This document shows, piece by piece, positions 60,156 to 64,000 of a stretch of DNA of 64,000 nucleotides; the stretch's first letter is position 1, and the number at the start of each line of letters is the position of its first letter. Source of the DNA: Takakia lepidozioides (taxonomy: Eukaryota > Plantae > Bryophyta); the NCBI GenBank assembly GCA_030704615.1, contig CM060731.1, positions 95,480,001-95,544,000 of the forward strand. Direction: 5' to 3'. The notes beneath the pieces are model-generated. The model saw only the letters and a program-made list of their open reading frames with translations. It was not told the DNA's origin and searched no databases. A program made the translations under genes and the position numbers.

Positions 60156-60898
60156 ATGGGGCGTCATGAACACGTTACACCTCCGTCGGTGGGTGCGTGG
60201 GACCCAGATGCTCCATTATTTGAGCCCGGACTGCTCTTCCGCTTCGCATCATTTCCAAAATCTAAGGGCTTCGTTGCTGTCCGCAAGGTCATTGTCATTG
60301 GCATCAAAGACGTCCTCATGTCCTCCTTTGCAAGGATGCCGTGCTTCCGGAACCGGGACGACTGCCCTTATGGAGGCATCGATTATGCAATGTATTCGGC
60401 CACATCGGGAGACATCGTTATCTGGTACACAGATTACACAGAAGATACTGGTTCAAATTGGGAAACATTGTCCGCTTTTGAGTATCTCCCAGGCCAGTAC
60501 GCCTTCGAGCGGGGTGACGATCTTGGTCTGAGGAGTCCGTGGCTCCTGCGCATCCTTGATTCCGATTTTCCCAGCTACGACGGGCACCCATGCAGAAGAA
60601 TGCGCACTGCTATGCTGTTGCGGTGGAACTGCTGCCAGTGGACGTGGGTGGACTCCATCGGAGAGACTTATATCCTGAAGGAGTGCGCTCATCTTCTCCA
60701 TTGTATGGGGACATTCGCATTGGTGTGGAGGACGAAAACGTGAAGCTTTCCATATACGATGGTGGTATGATTGAAGGGCAGGACATTGTGGTGAACATCA
60801 ACAGGGGCGGTACAACGGCTGCAATCGACTTTACCTGGAGAAGCCCGAAGACTCATGAGCTAGTTCTGAGAGCAGTCAAAGTCCCATTGACAACGTGA
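60156..60898 (+). CDS. Unknown protein, cargo of E4 (paralog 2), frameshift near 60680
   Basis: Shares MPC..DCPY.G.DYAM, SGDI..W, YL.G.Y.FERG, PW.L.I.D, WNCCQWT.VD, YGDIR, YDGG.I.G.DIVV and ELVLR with paralog 1. Confidence 0.65.
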
Positions 60899-62937
60899 CT
60901 TTGTATTCAGTGGCACAGGGCTAACGATTTCTTTGCACAATCAGCACAGTAGACGTGCTTCAAATTCAATTCATGTGGATCAATAAAAACCTCATTGTGC
61001 CCTCTTTTTATTCTATTCTGTGTCCATCGTTCCCAGAATGCGTCATTGCTCATTTCGTTTGGGATTGGGAGTGTGGGAGGATTTTGCAAGTGGCTGTTAG
61101 GCTGAAATGGGCCCCCATTGTACAGAGCAGTACCACCCTACCATTCGCGAAACATTGCCATTCAATATATAATTCTAAAAAACATTGCCGAACCTCCTTC
61201 ATCGGGAGGTCCTTCTCCCCCTATGACCGTGGCACCCTTAACCCTATTCCCGCGGACACATATTTCCGGAAAATAGTCTGCTCATGTTTTTTTTCACACT
61301 TACGACTCTGCTCATGGCTCATGCCGCTCATGGCTCATGGCTCATGAAATAGCAGCCCCCGCATCTGAGTAGAGTGGATCAAACTTGATAGTTACTTACT
61401 TTTCTCTCTCAGAATATTTCCCTAGGTAAATGCGCCTCTGAAAAGCCAAAATGTACTAAGGAATGGTCCGGGGAGAGGGCATTTTGCCTGCTGAGATGCC
61501 TATGAGGATATTTGGCGAGCCCCTTACAAGGGCAAGACAAATATCCGAACGGGCAGCGAACGGGGCAGAATGTCCATGCCGTAATTATTTGTAGAAAGCA
61601 AGTTCTGTCTACACCCTTTATTTTCTAATTTCCTTCTTTGGCGCCAAAAGTGGATGAAAACTTGCATGGATACTTTGGATGTTTTGGACACTAGTCCCGT
61701 CTTTTTCTAATTTGGGCAGCCTGTCAAAGCCATAACGGGCAAGCACGTTCCACACGCAATTTCTGCCACCAAGTAAGAGACCTAAAATGCGGTAGAACTT
61801 GCTATCTACTAATAATTACTGTCAAAGAACCACTCACGCTTCCGTTTTCCATCTACACAGTTCTGGGGTCCAATCCAGTGTTGGTGTGGTATCTTGTATT
61901 GGAAATACCAGAAGGGTCCTAGTATGTAGTGCTGAATTTTTTGAAGGCAGGTAGGTTTTCCAATAATGCAGCCCTTGATTTTTTCAAGTATGAATCTGGT
62001 ATGCATAGAGTGGTTTTTAAAAAAAATCAATCCGGATATGAGCAATGGTATCTGAATGTCAATAACCTAGAAATATGAACTCGGATATGGTATTAAAAAA
62101 TAATAAAATAAAAATGGTACTAGTATTCAAATTCAAATTCAATATTGAAATGGCCATCTGAACTGTTCAAATGGCCATTTCAATATTCAAGAAAACCACA
62201 AGGGAAACCTGCTCATCTCATAGGATACCAACCCCCATACAATTATACACTGAATCAGAATTGCATCCCTCGCAAATGAAGATCAAAGTGTCATTGTTAT
62301 AATCAAAACAGCTAGTATATGCCCCTCGCCCTAAATCTCTACTCTACATTAAAGTACCCTGCATCCATAATGTCTATATGTGCATATTAACATGATACCC
62401 GAACAGACCTGCAACGATGAGTCGAGCTCTGGTAGGGGGCGGGGAAATGAGAACCCTAACTGTCGCCTGTTAGGGTTTGGGGGGCCGCCAGGAAACTCGA
62501 GAACCTTCTGGTAGGGTACTACAAATGTTTACGGGAACAGAGAATAGTAGGTTAAGTTAGGAGAGACCCGGGTTGATGCCCGACGAAACCCAGATACCAT
62601 ACCAACACTGGTCCAATCCTGATTACTGCCTACCTCATTGCACCGTGGGTCCGTCTCTTACACTTATGTATGAAGTCACCGTTCGATATAATACTTAGAT
62701 CTCCGCCCGTGCGGGTGTGGTTGGTCTCTCTCATCTTGAGACCTCTTTCCATGTCGAGTCACAGTCTCATAGCCCGGGCTCTTCTCAACCACTTTCCGTG
62801 TGACCCCACCCCTTCACGGCCTCTTTGATCTTTCCAACATGTCGGAAGCTCATCATTGATGTGACCTGCTGTAGCATGTGAGCAATGTTTATAGGGCCCA
62901 CCCCGCCCCCCAAAGGCCCAAGTATGTGCCACCACCG

Positions 62938-63083
62938 GAAGAGGCGCTTTTTTAGGCTAACTCCCATAGAGCCCACGCCTGAAAAGGGGTAGTACCCGCA
63001 TGGGGAAGAGGTGCTTCTTTAGGCTAACTCCCATAGAGCCCACGCCTGAAAAGGGGCAGTACCCGCATGGGGAAGAGGCTCTT
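62938..63083. repeat. 67-bp tandem repeat, ~2.2 copies
   Basis: GAAGAGG at 62938, 63005 and 63072. Confidence 0.8.
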
Positions 63084-64000
63084 ATTTACGCTAGCTTCGG
63101 CTGGCGTCACATACACATACACACACATATATATATACGTGAGATGTGCTTCCTTCAAGATGGTCATCCTTTGTTTCTCCTTTATATACGTGAGTGATGA
63201 CCGCACAAGCAATAGTGGAGCAGGAAAATTTTGCTTACAAAAGAATGGGCAGTACAGGTTCGACCAGGGTATGCTTACCTGCCCGAACAGGCCCTCTACT
63301 GCCCATACTTGGAGTTAAAAACACTTGAGTTGTGCAGAATCGGCATTGCTGGCCCATTTTGATTCGGCACCTGTCCTTAGCTGCATTCTGTAATTTAATC
63401 GACCTCTAAAATGGTAACCAACAGTTGGTAGCTCAGTTGGATAGTGCACTCAGTGCAACCCAGATAATTCTGGGTCAAATTTTGCTACCTTGATGGCTGT
63501 GGTATGTTCTTTTCCCCTTCCCTTGGCCGGTGCAGCGTTTTTTTTATTGGCGAATTTTTGCCGACCTCAAAAATAAAATGGATTATTCTGTCACAAATTC
63601 CCTGTTTTTTCATGGATGAAATCGCCAAACTTCTCCAAATAAAAAGTAAACTATGGATGAGTTCGCCAAATATGGATGATATAAATGGATTAAAGTACAT
63701 TGGTGGATGATTCTATCCTAATTTCAGTGGATGAATAGAATGTACGGCTATTTTTGTAACGTAGTGGGCGAGTGGCCATTTCTCCCGCCCTCCCCGTTGG
63801 TGAGGTGAGGGGTGCTGATCAGTGCTGAGGCCAAGGCCAAGTGACTTGACCATGAGGAGGGTGGAGAAATAGCACCTCCCTTCATCACAAACATCACCCC
63901 AAACTTTCACTCAAGAGAGATCCAATAAATTACGAAGAAAAATAATGGCAAGTTGTTTACGAGGAGAGAGGTATGTTGGCTCGCTTTGTCCTAGTCTGCC

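Larger units (their letters stand above)
52093..61360. mobile_element. Large MULE copy E4 (subfamily B); transposase half lost in or beyond the gap
   Basis: Terminus ...GCTCATGAAATAGCAGCCCCC (ends 61360) is the reverse complement of the E2 left end and likewise lies downstream of the MTase-like gene. Confidence 0.88.

Noticed and set aside
62290-63110. Possible solo LTR ending GGCGTCACA
   Set aside because: No matching start with a TSD was found.
63425-63492. tRNA-like sequence (TAGCTCAGTTGG A-box)
   Set aside because: No intact T-loop/B-box or cloverleaf; at most a decayed tRNA or SINE relic.

Overview
Eukaryotic, repeat-dense window, probably from a non-seed land plant (inferred from spliceosomal introns and TE types). 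It has two 500-N gaps and many 1-bp indels, and I can support no host gene. It is a nest of Ty3/Gypsy LTR retrotransposons and at least five copies (four subfamilies) of a large Mutator-like (MULE) DNA transposon. One copy is complete: 8457-21700, 13.2 kb, 8-bp TSD ATCCTCGG, short imperfect TIRs with CATGAGC arrays. It encodes a GCM-like/DDE/SWIM transposase. Divergently, it encodes a ~1,300-1,500 aa multi-exon protein that joins an N-terminal ParB/Srx-like domain (VWDGNHR) to a C-terminal beta-class N6-adenine/N4-cytosine DNA methyltransferase-like domain (DMILLDIPDG...ILDLTCGTGASMWAG...FAFE). Each subfamily's non-coding DNA and introns carry many copies of its own palindrome, all built as arm-CG-N4-CG-arm: GAATTT/AAATTC, GGAAATT/AATTTCC, GGAAATG/CATTTCC and GTCATAGT/ACTATGAC. 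My main hypothesis is a transposon-encoded ParB-like/methyltransferase protein that co-evolves with cognate parS-like sites, possibly for self-marking or anti-silencing as in VANDAL/VANC. Domain calls are from motifs read by eye and have not been searched.
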